From positions 51,328 to 115,327 of the forward strand of contig JAAYEQ010000048.1 in assembly GCA_012728655.1 (NCBI GenBank): a DNA stretch of 64,000 nt. The letters are read 5' to 3'. A model generated the notes under the pieces. It made no database searches and was not told where the DNA came from. It saw only the letters and a program-made list of their open reading frames with translations. A program made the translations under genes and the position numbers. Source of the stretch: Syntrophomonadaceae bacterium. GTDB taxonomy: Bacteria; Bacillota; Syntrophomonadia; Syntrophomonadales; DTU052. The stretch's first letter is position 1; each line of letters begins with the position of its first letter. Below, piece by piece: positions 39,998 through 49,418 of the stretch.

Positions 39998-40022
39998 AGC
40001 TGCCGGTCTGGCAGCTTTTTTT
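39996..40022 (+). promoter_or_regulatory. SECIS-like hairpin that doubles as an intrinsic terminator
   Basis: AAAGCTGCC-GGTCT-GGCAGCTTT plus T run; loop begins 16 nt after the UGA. Confidence 0.65.
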
Positions 40023-40107
40023 GTATAATGAGCCAAGAGCTTGGTCACCAAGAACATCTTCACCGCCGGAGTTTTTCTATGGTGGAGGAAAGAGCCGGGT
40101 AGTTGTT

Positions 40108-40731
40108 ATGTCTAAGAGCAGGAAAGTAAAAGCGTCCGGTATTGTACTGGCCGGTGGGCGCAGTACCAGAATGCAAGTCAATAAGGCGTTCACTGAGGTC
40201 GGGGGACTGAAACTGATTGATAATGTCCTGGGCAAGGTATCCGAGGTCTTCGATGAGGTGATTCTGGTCACCAATGACCCGGAAAGCTACTTTTGTTACG
40301 CCGACGAATCAGTCCGCATTGTCAGCGATCTTATTCCCGGCAAAGGGCCGCTTTCCGGGATACATGCCGGTCTATATTGCGCCCGTTATGACGTGACCCT
40401 GGCGGCAGCATGTGATATGCCGTTTCTGAATATGGATCTGGCCGTGCATATGATTGATATGCTCGGAGACCACGATGGCGTAGTTCCCCGTATTGGAGAG
40501 TATTTCCAACCGCTGTTCGCTGTATATACCAGACGTTGCCTGCCGATTATTGAAGAGTCGCTTCTGCTTGACCGGCTTAAACTGAGCGACATTTATGAGT
40601 CCCTCGATATCTTATATGTTAACGAGAAAGAGATCCGCAGGTTTGGGGATCCGGCGGTGATCTTTTATAATATCAACAACCGCGAAGACCTCAAGCATGC
40701 TGAAGGTTTGGTCAAGAAGGTGATCGTATAA
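40108..40731 (+). CDS. mobA: Molybdenum cofactor guanylyltransferase
   Basis: IVLAGGRSTRM..NKA, GPLSGIHAGL, ACDMPF, NIN..EDL. Confidence 0.9.
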   Translation: MSKSRKVKASGIVLAGGRSTRMQVNKAFTEVGGLKLIDNVLGKVSEVFDEVILVTNDPESYFCYADESVRIVSDLIPGKGPLSGIHAGLYCARYDVTLAAACDMPFLNMDLAVHMIDMLGDHDGVVPRIGEYFQPLFAVYTRRCLPIIEESLLLDRLKLSDIYESLDILYVNEKEIRRFGDPAVIFYNINNREDLKHAEGLVKKVIV

Positions 40732-41774
40732 GGTCTCGCCGCAAGCTCGAACACCTGAATATTGCACGCCGGTTGGATGAACACCCGTATACCAGCGGAC
40801 TGGAGGATGTTCACCTGGTTCACAACTCGGTTCCCGAACTTGACCTTGATGAGATTGATACCGCGGTGACATTTCTGGGTCGGAAACTGTCCCTTCCCCT
40901 GATCATCAATGCCATGACCGGGGGGATCAAAGAGGCATTGGATTTCAACCGCGATATCTCGGAATTGGGAGTGCAGTTTAATATCGGGATCGCGGTCGGT
41001 TCCCAGACCATTGCGCTGGAAAACCGGCAACTGGCCGAGAGCTTCAAGATTGTGAGAAAAGTGAATCCCGGGGGTCTTATTCTGGCCAATGTAGCCGCCA
41101 ACACCGAACCGCAGATGGCGGTCAGGGCGGCGGAGATGATTGAGGCCAACGGCCTGCAACTGCACCTCAATGTCCCGCAGGAACTGGCCATGAGAGAAGG
41201 GGACCGCAAGTTCAAGGGTCTTAAGGATAACATTGCGGAGATTGTACGCATTTCACCGGTGCCGGTAATTGCCAAAGAGGTGGGCTTTGGAATGAGCCGG
41301 GAGACCGCCAGGCAGTTGTTTGACCTTGGGGTGCATATCCTCGATTTGGGCGGGCGCGGGGGCACCAACTTTATCGCCATCGAACAGGCCCGTTCGGGTG
41401 TTCTGGCGGATGAGTTCACTTCGTGGGGAATACCAACCGCAGCCAGCATTGCCGAGATCAGTTCTCTCAATCTCCCCCTGCAATTGGTTGCTTCCGGGGG
41501 GATCCGGGGAGGGCTGGAGGCCGCAAAGGCCCTGGCCTTGGGAGCCGATATAATAGGAATTGCCGGCCGTTTTCTTCGGGTCTGGAGCGAAGAAGGGAAA
41601 AAAGGCTTGGAAGAGGAGATTGAGCGTTTTAGGTATCATCTGAAAGCGTCCATGTTGATGACCGGTTCCAAAACCCTCACTGAATTGCGCCGTACGCCGC
41701 TGGTCATCGGCGGATCCACCGCCCACTGGCTGACAGCCAGAGGTATCGATGTCTCGAGGTGGGCCAGGAGATAG
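40728..41774 (+). CDS. fni: Type 2 isopentenyl-diphosphate delta-isomerase (probable AUA start at 40728)
   Basis: RKLEH, INAMTGG, GSQ, QLHLN..QE, KEVGFG, GGTNF, WGIPT, SGGIR. Confidence 0.92.
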   Translation: MRSRRKLEHLNIARRLDEHPYTSGLEDVHLVHNSVPELDLDEIDTAVTFLGRKLSLPLIINAMTGGIKEALDFNRDISELGVQFNIGIAVGSQTIALENRQLAESFKIVRKVNPGGLILANVAANTEPQMAVRAAEMIEANGLQLHLNVPQELAMREGDRKFKGLKDNIAEIVRISPVPVIAKEVGFGMSRETARQLFDLGVHILDLGGRGGTNFIAIEQARSGVLADEFTSWGIPTAASIAEISSLNLPLQLVASGGIRGGLEAAKALALGADIIGIAGRFLRVWSEEGKKGLEEEIERFRYHLKASMLMTGSKTLTELRRTPLVIGGSTAHWLTARGIDVSRWARR

Positions 41775-42028
41775 GAACCCGCGGCATGCCATACAGAAGG
41801 GCAATGGCATACATAAAGCTGCCATTGGCATGCTATGAAAACGAAGCTTGCCATGGGGGTTTAGTCCCCCCTCTTTATTTCCCAGTCTTTTTCAGAATTA
41901 TTGCATCCTGCTTTATCGCCGAAGTCATGAGCAAAGCTTCCCTGGACAAATTCCCCGCCATCAATTATTATGACATCAAGAAGCGACAAAAATCGATAAA
42001 ATTTGCGACACAGTGGAGGTAGGGTGAG

Positions 42029-43378
42029 ATGCGTACCTATCTTAATGAATACCGTGAAAAACGCGTGTCCGATTTCGAGGCCGCTTCAATGGTAAAGTCC
42101 GGGAACACCGTGGTTTACGGTCCTTTTTTGGCCCGTCCGATAGATTTCGACCGGGCTCTCGCCCGTCGCCGGGAAGAACTGCGCGATGTCCACATCTACT
42201 GGGCGGGAGGGATGACCCCGACCGAAAGCGTGATGTCTGATCCCGGGCAGGAACACTTTGTCGGCAATGTATGGTTTTACGGAGCCGCCGACCGGGTGCT
42301 GGCCGACAAGGGTTTGGTTTACTTTGACCCCGCAACCATGGGAGAGATCCAGGAGGTGATCGCCCGCCCCGAGTTCAATATCGACATCTATGTGCAGCAG
42401 GTAAGTCCCATGGACGAGCATGGCTTTTTTTCTTTTGGATTGACCAATGTCTACTGCCTGGAGGCCTGTCTGAAAGCGAAGAAGGTTATCCTGGAGGTAA
42501 ACCGGAACATGCCCCGCCTTTTCGGTGGAGCCGAGGACAGCGTTCACATTTCCATGGTGGATCATGTTATTGAAGGCAGCAATTCTCCAATCTTTGAACT
42601 GCCGCCTCCTAAAACCCCAACAGTTGAAGACCAAAAGATCGCTGAACTGCTGCTGCCGGAAATCCCCGACCGCGCCTGCCTGCAGTTGGGAATCGGGGCT
42701 TTGCCTAATCTGCTGGGGGAGCTGATCTGTAAGGCCGGGCTCCGTGACCTGGGGATCCATACCGAGATGTTTACCGATTCCATGAGGACCATGTTTGAGG
42801 CCGGCATCGCGACCGGTCGTTATAAGAATATCGACCGCTGCAAGATGGTCCTGTCCTTTGCCATCGGAACCAGGGATACCTATGAATTTTTGCGGGAAAA
42901 TCCTTTGATCGCCACCTATCCATGCCGTTACACCAATGATCCCTACATTATCAGTCGTAATGAGCGGGTAGTCTCAATTAACAACGCCCTGTCGGTCGAT
43001 CTCTTTGGTCAGATAAATGCGGAAAGCTCCGGTACCCGCCACATCTCGGGGCCGGGAGGACAGTTGGAATTTGTGCAGGGAGCACGGCTTTCCCCGGGGG
43101 GCAAGAGCTTCCTGTGTCTTAACAGCACCTATACCGACAAAGCAGGGCGCAGGCATTCACGCATTGTTCCCACGCTGGCCGCCGGCAGTGCGGTGACCAC
43201 TCCTCGCGCTTCCGTTGACTACATTGTCACTGAATACGGTATGGCGCGGCTTAAAGGGCTCCCCACCTGGGGACGGGCGGAAAGCCTAATCAATCTGGCT
43301 CATCCCGATTTTCGGGAAGACCTCATAAAACAGGCGCAGGAAATGAAAATCTGGCGCCGCAGCAACCGGATTGAATGA
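42029..43378 (+). CDS. Acetyl-CoA hydrolase/transferase family CoA-transferase (butyryl-/4-hydroxybutyryl-CoA type)
   Basis: [49 protein letters not shown]. Confidence 0.9.
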   Translation: MRTYLNEYREKRVSDFEAASMVKSGNTVVYGPFLARPIDFDRALARRREELRDVHIYWAGGMTPTESVMSDPGQEHFVGNVWFYGAADRVLADKGLVYFDPATMGEIQEVIARPEFNIDIYVQQVSPMDEHGFFSFGLTNVYCLEACLKAKKVILEVNRNMPRLFGGAEDSVHISMVDHVIEGSNSPIFELPPPKTPTVEDQKIAELLLPEIPDRACLQLGIGALPNLLGELICKAGLRDLGIHTEMFTDSMRTMFEAGIATGRYKNIDRCKMVLSFAIGTRDTYEFLRENPLIATYPCRYTNDPYIISRNERVVSINNALSVDLFGQINAESSGTRHISGPGGQLEFVQGARLSPGGKSFLCLNSTYTDKAGRRHSRIVPTLAAGSAVTTPRASVDYIVTEYGMARLKGLPTWGRAESLINLAHPDFREDLIKQAQEMKIWRRSNRIE

Positions 43379-43441
43379 GAAAAGAGGCAAGTTTAACTCG
43401 GCAAGGTAGTACCTGTACCTGGTGGATAAAAAGCCGGGCTT

Positions 43442-44209
43442 TTACGCCCGGCTTGCATGTTCTTCTTCGCCAACCTCAACCCGGGCTTCCGGATCGAAGG
43501 GATTGGTCCGCACTGCCAGTGAAAAGAGGTAAGGATAATTCTGTTTGAGGTGGAACAGGTAATCGATCCATTGCTCGTTCAGCAACAGGTATACTCTCCT
43601 GATGTCCCGGCTCAGATGTTCGCGATCCCCGCGCGTAAGGTTTTGTAAATCCTTGCGCAAATCAAGTTCCTCAAAGAGATGAAAAATCGCCAAGAGCAAC
43701 TGGGAAAAGCGCTCGCTTTCCATTAGATTGTCATTTCCCATCAAGCTCAGGAGGTATTCGCGTTTGACGATTAAAAAGTCCCGGAGCTCAATGAGAGCGG
43801 CTGTGCTCATCTCAAGTCGAGGAACAATTTCCTGGAGGGCCTTCCGCAGACGATTAAAATCTGCCTTGGTCCAGGTATCGCTCATCCTGTGCTCCGGCTT
43901 TACCGCATGGGAATAATTTGCGGCCAGGGACTTCACCAGGTCCGTTCCCACCTCATGAAAAAAGGACCCGATGATGAGATGCATCCTTTCCGCTCGTTCC
44001 GCTTCTTCCCGGCGGTGTATCAGCCTTTCAAAGACAACTGCCACCAGGAATACATCTATGGGCAGGAAGGCGAGATCGATCAGGAAGTGATGAAAAATAA
44101 AATCGACATCGTGAAAAAGGACGTAAAACAGGGCATAGACAGCAGCGGATACTAAGAAGAATGCCAATCCTAATTGTATAAACCATTTGAAATTACGGCT
44201 GGCTTTCAT
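43442..44209 (-). CDS. Hypothetical membrane protein (two N-terminal TM helices)
   Basis: DLAFLPIDV..IGSFFHEVG..YPYLFSLAVRTNPF; function not recognised. Confidence 0.75.
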   Translation of the reverse strand: MKASRNFKWFIQLGLAFFLVSAAVYALFYVLFHDVDFIFHHFLIDLAFLPIDVFLVAVVFERLIHRREEAERAERMHLIIGSFFHEVGTDLVKSLAANYSHAVKPEHRMSDTWTKADFNRLRKALQEIVPRLEMSTAALIELRDFLIVKREYLLSLMGNDNLMESERFSQLLLAIFHLFEELDLRKDLQNLTRGDREHLSRDIRRVYLLLNEQWIDYLFHLKQNYPYLFSLAVRTNPFDPEARVEVGEEEHASRA

Positions 44210-44384
44210 TCCTTATCCTTTCAGGTGCCGGAGCACGCTATGCTGATTTTGAATACGACTGCAACGGACCCATGACTCTCAATCTTAAGCGGTCCCGGGG
44301 GGCGTGCGGTTTGTGCATTCCCGGACCGGGACCGTTCCATTACTCTTAACCGCTGATTGTTACCAGCTCGTTGATCACGCAACC

Positions 44385-44975
44385 CTAGTAAGTTTCAACA
44401 AATACTTCGAAATAAGCCTGGGGATGCAGGCAGGCCGGGCAGACCTCGGGTGCTTGCGGACCTTCGTGGACATAGCCGCAGTTGCCGCATTTCCAGGCTA
44501 CCGGGGTATCCTTTTTGAATACCTGGCCATTCTCGATATTGGCGGCCAGTTTTTGATACCTAATATCGTGGCGTTTTTCTGCCAGGGCGATCATCTTAAA
44601 GGCGGCGGCAATCTGGGGGAACCCTTCTTCCTCGGCAACTTTGGCGAACTCAGGATACATATCATGCCACTCCTCATATTCGCCTTTGGCCGCTGCCTTC
44701 AGATTGTCCAGAGTTGTTCCCTGAGCAATCGGGAAAGAAGCGGTAATTTCAAGTTCAGCCGGCAGCTCATCGCCCAGACCTTCGAGCAGGAACTTCCAGA
44801 AGCGCTTGGCGTGTTCCTTTTCGTTGTCGGCGGTTTCAATAAAGATGTTCTTAATCTGTTTGTAGCCTTCCTTGTCGGCAATAGAAGCATAGTAGGTGTA
44901 ACGCATGCGTGCCTGTGATTCTCCGGCGAAGGCTTTCATAAGATTGATTGCGGTTTTGGTACCTTTCAAATTCAT
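44385..44975 (-). CDS. rbr: Rubrerythrin
   Basis: AFAGESQA, EKEH, EKRH di-iron motifs; WKCGNCG..CPAC rubredoxin domain. Confidence 0.95.
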   Translation of the reverse strand: MNLKGTKTAINLMKAFAGESQARMRYTYYASIADKEGYKQIKNIFIETADNEKEHAKRFWKFLLEGLGDELPAELEITASFPIAQGTTLDNLKAAAKGEYEEWHDMYPEFAKVAEEEGFPQIAAAFKMIALAEKRHDIRYQKLAANIENGQVFKKDTPVAWKCGNCGYVHEGPQAPEVCPACLHPQAYFEVFVETY

Positions 44976-45083
44976 AAATTAATACCTCCCCATGTTTTTA
45001 TTCGACAATTATGCACTTGGGTTAATCGCTGACAGACCGGGTAATGACAAGCAACCGGTATTGATCAGGGTCATGCTTGGATT

Positions 45084-45665
45084 TTATTTTTCAAAGTTGG
45101 CCTGAACAAAATCCCAGTTGATGATGTCCCAGAACTTTTCTACATAGGCCTGTCTCGCATTGCGATAGTCAATATAGTAGGCATGTTCCCACACGTCGCA
45201 GGTAAGCAATGGTGTTTTTCCTTCGGTTATGGGGTTGCCGGCATTGCTGGTACTTACGATTTCCAGCTTGCCGTCGCCGTCTTTGACCAACCACGCCCAG
45301 CCGGAACCAAAAGTCCCAACCGCCGCCGCTATGAACTTTTCCTTAAAGGCAGCCAGGGAACCGAAATGCTCATTTATGGCTTCGGCCAGTTTTCCGGTCG
45401 GACCCCCGCCTCCGTTGGGACTCATGCAGTTCCAATAAAAGGTGTGGTTCCATACCTGAGCGGCATTATTAAATATGCCTCCCGATGACTGTTTGATGAT
45501 GTCTTCCAGAGTCATATCCTCATAGTTGGTTCCAGCAATCAGCTTGTTGAGGTTGTCAACGTAGGCTCGGTGATGCTTTCCGTAGTGGTAGTCGATGGTT
45601 TCGGGGGAGATTACCGGACTGAGAGCTTCTCGTGAATAGGGTAATTCCGGTAATTTATGTTCCAT
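45084..45665 (-). CDS. sodB: Fe superoxide dismutase
   Basis: [16 protein letters not shown] (Fe-type AAQ), DVWEHAYY. Confidence 0.93.
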   Translation of the reverse strand: MEHKLPELPYSREALSPVISPETIDYHYGKHHRAYVDNLNKLIAGTNYEDMTLEDIIKQSSGGIFNNAAQVWNHTFYWNCMSPNGGGGPTGKLAEAINEHFGSLAAFKEKFIAAAVGTFGSGWAWLVKDGDGKLEIVSTSNAGNPITEGKTPLLTCDVWEHAYYIDYRNARQAYVEKFWDIINWDFVQANFEK

Positions 45666-45720
45666 TCGTAAACACCTCTTTCCCTCTTGTTCTTGAATCA
45701 AGGTGGACTTGTTAATGTGA

Positions 45721-45749
45721 ATTTTACTGCAACCATAATCTTATAGCAA
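45721..45749 (-). promoter_or_regulatory. sigmaA promoter of sodB(-rbr)
   Basis: Minus strand TTGCTA-N17-TAAAAT. Confidence 0.65.
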
Positions 45750-45862
45750 GAATTTGCATCCTGATAATGCTACATCATAACCGACAGTCTAAACACTGAC
45801 GACCGTGCGGTCCCGGAAGTCAACAGGGTAAAAATCCGCTTGCGCTCTTGAGCCGACTTCCT

Positions 45863-46561
45863 CTATTTCAACTCGATCCAGGTGGCTCGGGCCCGGGCAT
45901 ACAGCTCACCGGTTGCGGAAAATACGGCGGTGCCGGCGTACAGTTTCCGTCCCTCTTCGCCGATCTTCCAGCCGACGACGATGCAGGGGTCCCCGGCTCT
46001 CATCCTGTGGATGATGTCAACCGCAAGTGTTCCCAGGACAATCACCCGCAGCTTTTCGGCGAAAACAGCCCAGGCTCCCGGACAATCCAGGGCGGCGCAT
46101 ATTATTTCATCGCGGACAATCCCGTTGCTGTCGGTTAGAGATGAATCGGGAATCCAGGGTGCTGCCACATAGTTGCGGCCGGGAACCGGACCGGCAAAAA
46201 TCCTGAGCCCGTCACCTGGCTCCCGTTGAGGACCGCAGACAAAGCAACCGGGGAAGGCATGCCTGTCAAAGATTTCGGGTTTTGGAGCCGCCTGCCGGGC
46301 TTCGTCCATGGTGGGGGGATCCGGTACCTCCATGTCGACGGTGGCGGCGGTTGCCCTGGCGACCAACTCTTCGCCGCGCAATAACAGGTAATGATAGCCC
46401 TCCTGTTTTACCGTCAATGGTACTTCAAGCGGGGGAGGTGATAACAGTCTTACTTCTGCAGGGTAACCCACAAAGTTCGCCAGCATTCCGCAGGAATAAC
46501 CGCCATTGCCGGAGGTGGGCGGTCCGCAGAATCTGCGGTTGATAATGATGTGCTCGTTCAT
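45863..46561 (-). CDS. Double hotdog-fold thioesterase-like protein
   Basis: RFCGPPTSGNGGY, CFVCG..GDGLRI, AALDCPG; GGAGG RBS. Confidence 0.7.
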   Translation of the reverse strand: MNEHIIINRRFCGPPTSGNGGYSCGMLANFVGYPAEVRLLSPPPLEVPLTVKQEGYHYLLLRGEELVARATAATVDMEVPDPPTMDEARQAAPKPEIFDRHAFPGCFVCGPQREPGDGLRIFAGPVPGRNYVAAPWIPDSSLTDSNGIVRDEIICAALDCPGAWAVFAEKLRVIVLGTLAVDIIHRMRAGDPCIVVGWKIGEEGRKLYAGTAVFSATGELYARARATWIELK

Positions 46562-46717
46562 GCTGCCTCCAATTGCTCGATGAGTTTTAAGAGTAAATTC
46601 TCTTAGTCCGGGCATAATCCTGCCCATTCCGAGTGCCGCCGCGGTAGGATTGAGTTTCTTTAGGGGGAAGTCCCGGCGAAATGGAAGACTTTTGTGCCAG
46701 TGTTAGAAAACAGGGTG

Positions 46718-46769
46718 TTTATCCGATAAAAAATGATAGAATAACTTTAAGAATAAAATATCCGGTATC
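46718..46769 (+). promoter_or_regulatory. Extended -10 promoter of the acyl-CoA dehydrogenase flanked by two operator-like boxes
   Basis: TTTATC-C-GATAAA (46718-46730), TGnTAGAAT (46734-46742), AATATCCGGTATC (46757-46769). Confidence 0.5.
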
Positions 46770-46794
46770 AGAATTACTGTTTAGGAGGTAGAGC

Positions 46795-48504
46795 ATGTCA
46801 TTATTGCTTAATCCCAAAAAATACGATCATCAGTGGCCTGACAAGAAAACCCAGGATATCTTTTTAAAGACGATTGAGTTCTTTGAGAGAAAGGGTTTAA
46901 AGAGCATTAAAGAGGATGACCAGACCCTTCGCTGGTACGATGACTTCGTCCGTTTCATAAAAGAAAACGAGATCTTTGCCACCCTCTTGACCCCGTCCGG
47001 ATATGGTGACCCGGATTCCCGCTTCGACCTCTCCCGGGTCTCTCTTTACAACGAGATCCTGGGATTCTACGGCAACCAGTATCAGTACGCTTACCAGGTC
47101 AGCATTCTCGGGGTTGGACCCGTCTGGATGGGTGACAATGAAGGGCTCAAACACAAACTGGCCCGGCTGCTGAAGGAGGGCGGATTGTTTGCCTTCGGTC
47201 TTTCCGAAAAGGAACACGGAGCCGACCTGTACTCCAATGAGATGAAACTTTTTCCGCAGGGTGACGGGACCTACCGGGCCAACGGCAGCAAGTATTACAT
47301 CGGAAACGGTAACGTCGCTTCTTTAGTATCAGTCCACGGCCGCTATGCCGATACCAATGAGCATGTCTTCTTTGCTGTGGACAGCCAGCACCGCAACTAT
47401 AAACTGGTCAAGAAGATCAACACCCCCGGAGTTCGCAACGCCTTCGTGGCGGAATTTGAACTGATCGAATATCCCATCACCAAGGACGACATCATTTCCA
47501 GCGGACAACTGGCGTGGGATTCATCGCTCTGTACCGTAAATATCGGCAAGTTCCAACTGGGGTTCGACTCCATCGGGATATGCACCCATGCGTTCTATGA
47601 AGCCATAACCCATGCCTCCAACCGCATTCTCTACGGCAAACCCGTAACCAACTTCCCGCACATAAAGACCTTCTTTGTTGAATCCTTCACCCGCCTTAAC
47701 GCCATGAAGCTCTTCGCCTTGAGGAGCCTGGACTACTTCCGGGCCGCCTCCAACGAGGACCGGCGTTATCTCCTCTTCAACCCCATCCAGAAGATGAAGG
47801 TCACCAGGGAAGGGGTCAGGGTTATAGAAATGCTGCTTGACGCCATAACCGCCAAGGGATTCGAGCAGGATACCTACTTTGAAGCAGCGGTCAGGGAAAT
47901 CGGCATGATACCGCGCCTGGAAGGAACAGTCCATGTGAATATCAATCTGGTTGTAAAATTCCTGCAGAATTACTTCTTCAACCCGGTTGAGTATCCGTAT
48001 ATTCCAAAGCGAGACGAACCCGGCAACGACGAATACGTGTTCAAGCAGTACACCGGAGGTCTGGCCAAGGTGCGCTTCCCGGACTACCGCCTGGCCTACG
48101 AAGGCGTAAACCTGCCCAACGTCAACATCTTCAGAGAGCAGATCGAATTGTTCAAGGACCTGATGAGCAACGCCAGTCCAACTCCTGAGCAATCCAAACG
48201 GGTTGACTACATGCTGGCTTTGGGCGAGATGTTTACCCTGATCGTTTATGCCCAGTTGATCATGGAGAACTGCAAGATCTACAATATCGATGACGATCTT
48301 ACCGACCACATCTTCTACTGCTTGGTACGTGACTTCTCAGGTTACGCTTTGAACCAGTTGACCAACTTTGAAAACTCCCCCGAGCAGAAGAAGTATTTGC
48401 AGAAGATTGCATTGACCGAACCGGACATCAACCCGGCCCGGGAAATGAGGCTCTGGAAAGACCAAGTCTCAGTCCTCAACGGCGCTTACGAAATGAATCC
48501 GTAA
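46795..48504 (+). CDS. Acyl-CoA dehydrogenase (long FadE type)
   Basis: FGLSEKEHGAD, NGSKYYIGNG, RLEGT; AGGAGG RBS. Confidence 0.9.
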   Translation: MSLLLNPKKYDHQWPDKKTQDIFLKTIEFFERKGLKSIKEDDQTLRWYDDFVRFIKENEIFATLLTPSGYGDPDSRFDLSRVSLYNEILGFYGNQYQYAYQVSILGVGPVWMGDNEGLKHKLARLLKEGGLFAFGLSEKEHGADLYSNEMKLFPQGDGTYRANGSKYYIGNGNVASLVSVHGRYADTNEHVFFAVDSQHRNYKLVKKINTPGVRNAFVAEFELIEYPITKDDIISSGQLAWDSSLCTVNIGKFQLGFDSIGICTHAFYEAITHASNRILYGKPVTNFPHIKTFFVESFTRLNAMKLFALRSLDYFRAASNEDRRYLLFNPIQKMKVTREGVRVIEMLLDAITAKGFEQDTYFEAAVREIGMIPRLEGTVHVNINLVVKFLQNYFFNPVEYPYIPKRDEPGNDEYVFKQYTGGLAKVRFPDYRLAYEGVNLPNVNIFREQIELFKDLMSNASPTPEQSKRVDYMLALGEMFTLIVYAQLIMENCKIYNIDDDLTDHIFYCLVRDFSGYALNQLTNFENSPEQKKYLQKIALTEPDINPAREMRLWKDQVSVLNGAYEMNP

Positions 48505-48610
48505 TTGCCGGTTTCTCGTGAAATCAGGATTCCGGGTCGTTCAGGGGGATCCGGTTTCCCAAGCCGTAAATGGGCGGCAGCAGTCTGAAAATCGATATCG
48601 TTACAGAAAT

Positions 48611-48642
48611 GAGCCATCGGGATGCCCGGTGGCTCTATTTTT
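48611..48642 (+). terminator. Intrinsic terminator after the acyl-CoA dehydrogenase
   Basis: GAGCCATCGG-GATGC-CCGGTGGCTC-TATTTTT. Confidence 0.7.
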
Positions 48643-48774
48643 GTGGGAAGTCGGGTAAATGAAGTCTGTTGGCGAGGATTCATCGCTTTCAAAACCTGGA
48701 CCACCTCGCTCATCGGGTGGTGTACAATAGTGTTGTTACCGAAGGGTAAAAAAACTGAACGGAGGGTGATAACG

Positions 48775-49203
48775 GTGTGGAAGGAATTTCGCGACTTTGC
48801 TATGAAGGGTAATATGATTGATCTGGCTATAGGTATTATAATCGGAACTGCATTCGGTAAAATCATTACCTCGCTCGTGAACGATGTTCTAATGCCCCCG
48901 ATCGGAATGCTGCTGGGAAAAGTCGATTTTTCCAATTTGTATATAAACCTGTCGGGTGAGCAATACCCATCTTTGGAAAAGGCGGTTGAAGCGGGCGCAC
49001 CTGTAATAAAATACGGTTTGTTCCTCAACACCGTAATAGATTTCTTAATAGTGGCCTTTGTGATATTTCTCATTATCAAACAGATCAACAAGTTTAAGAA
49101 GGAGGAACCGCCTGCTGAGCCGACCACCAAAGATTGCCCGTTTTGCTGGTCACAGGTTTCGATTAAAGCTACCCGCTGTCCCCATTGCACATCTGAACTG
49201 TAG
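48775..49203 (+). CDS. mscL: Large-conductance mechanosensitive channel with C-terminal CxxC..CxxC zinc ribbon
   Basis: [46 protein letters not shown]; GGAGG before GTG 48775. Confidence 0.93.
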   Translation: MWKEFRDFAMKGNMIDLAIGIIIGTAFGKIITSLVNDVLMPPIGMLLGKVDFSNLYINLSGEQYPSLEKAVEAGAPVIKYGLFLNTVIDFLIVAFVIFLIIKQINKFKKEEPPAEPTTKDCPFCWSQVSIKATRCPHCTSEL

Positions 49204-49270
49204 TCTTATCCAATTGCTCTCCCGCAAAAAACCGGAAGGATTAATCGGAATCGCTGTACTAATAGCAAAT

Positions 49271-49298
49271 AAAGCCACCGGGATGACCGGTGGCTTTT
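49271..49298 (+). terminator. Intrinsic terminator after mscL
   Basis: AAAGCCACCGG-GATGA-CCGGTGGCTTTT. Confidence 0.75.
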
Positions 49299-49359
49299 CA
49301 TTTGGCTGCAGGCCGCCAATCATGCCCAAAGAACATCCCTCTCGTTGCCCGGGATGGTG

Positions 49360-49389
49360 GTATCATTCCTCAATCAGCAGGGAAATCTA
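49360..49389 (+). promoter_or_regulatory. sigmaF-like promoter of DUF1614-spoIIP
   Basis: GTATC-N15-GGGAAATCTA. Confidence 0.5.
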
Positions 49390-49418
49390 ATTCCATCACA
49401 GTGGAAAGGAAGATGGAG

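Noticed and set aside
40030-40107. Hairpins upstream of mobA as a Moco riboswitch
   Set aside because: Too short and lacking the conserved Moco motif elements.
45730-45748. PerR-like box over the sodB promoter
   Set aside because: Only a weak match to TTATAATNATTATAA.
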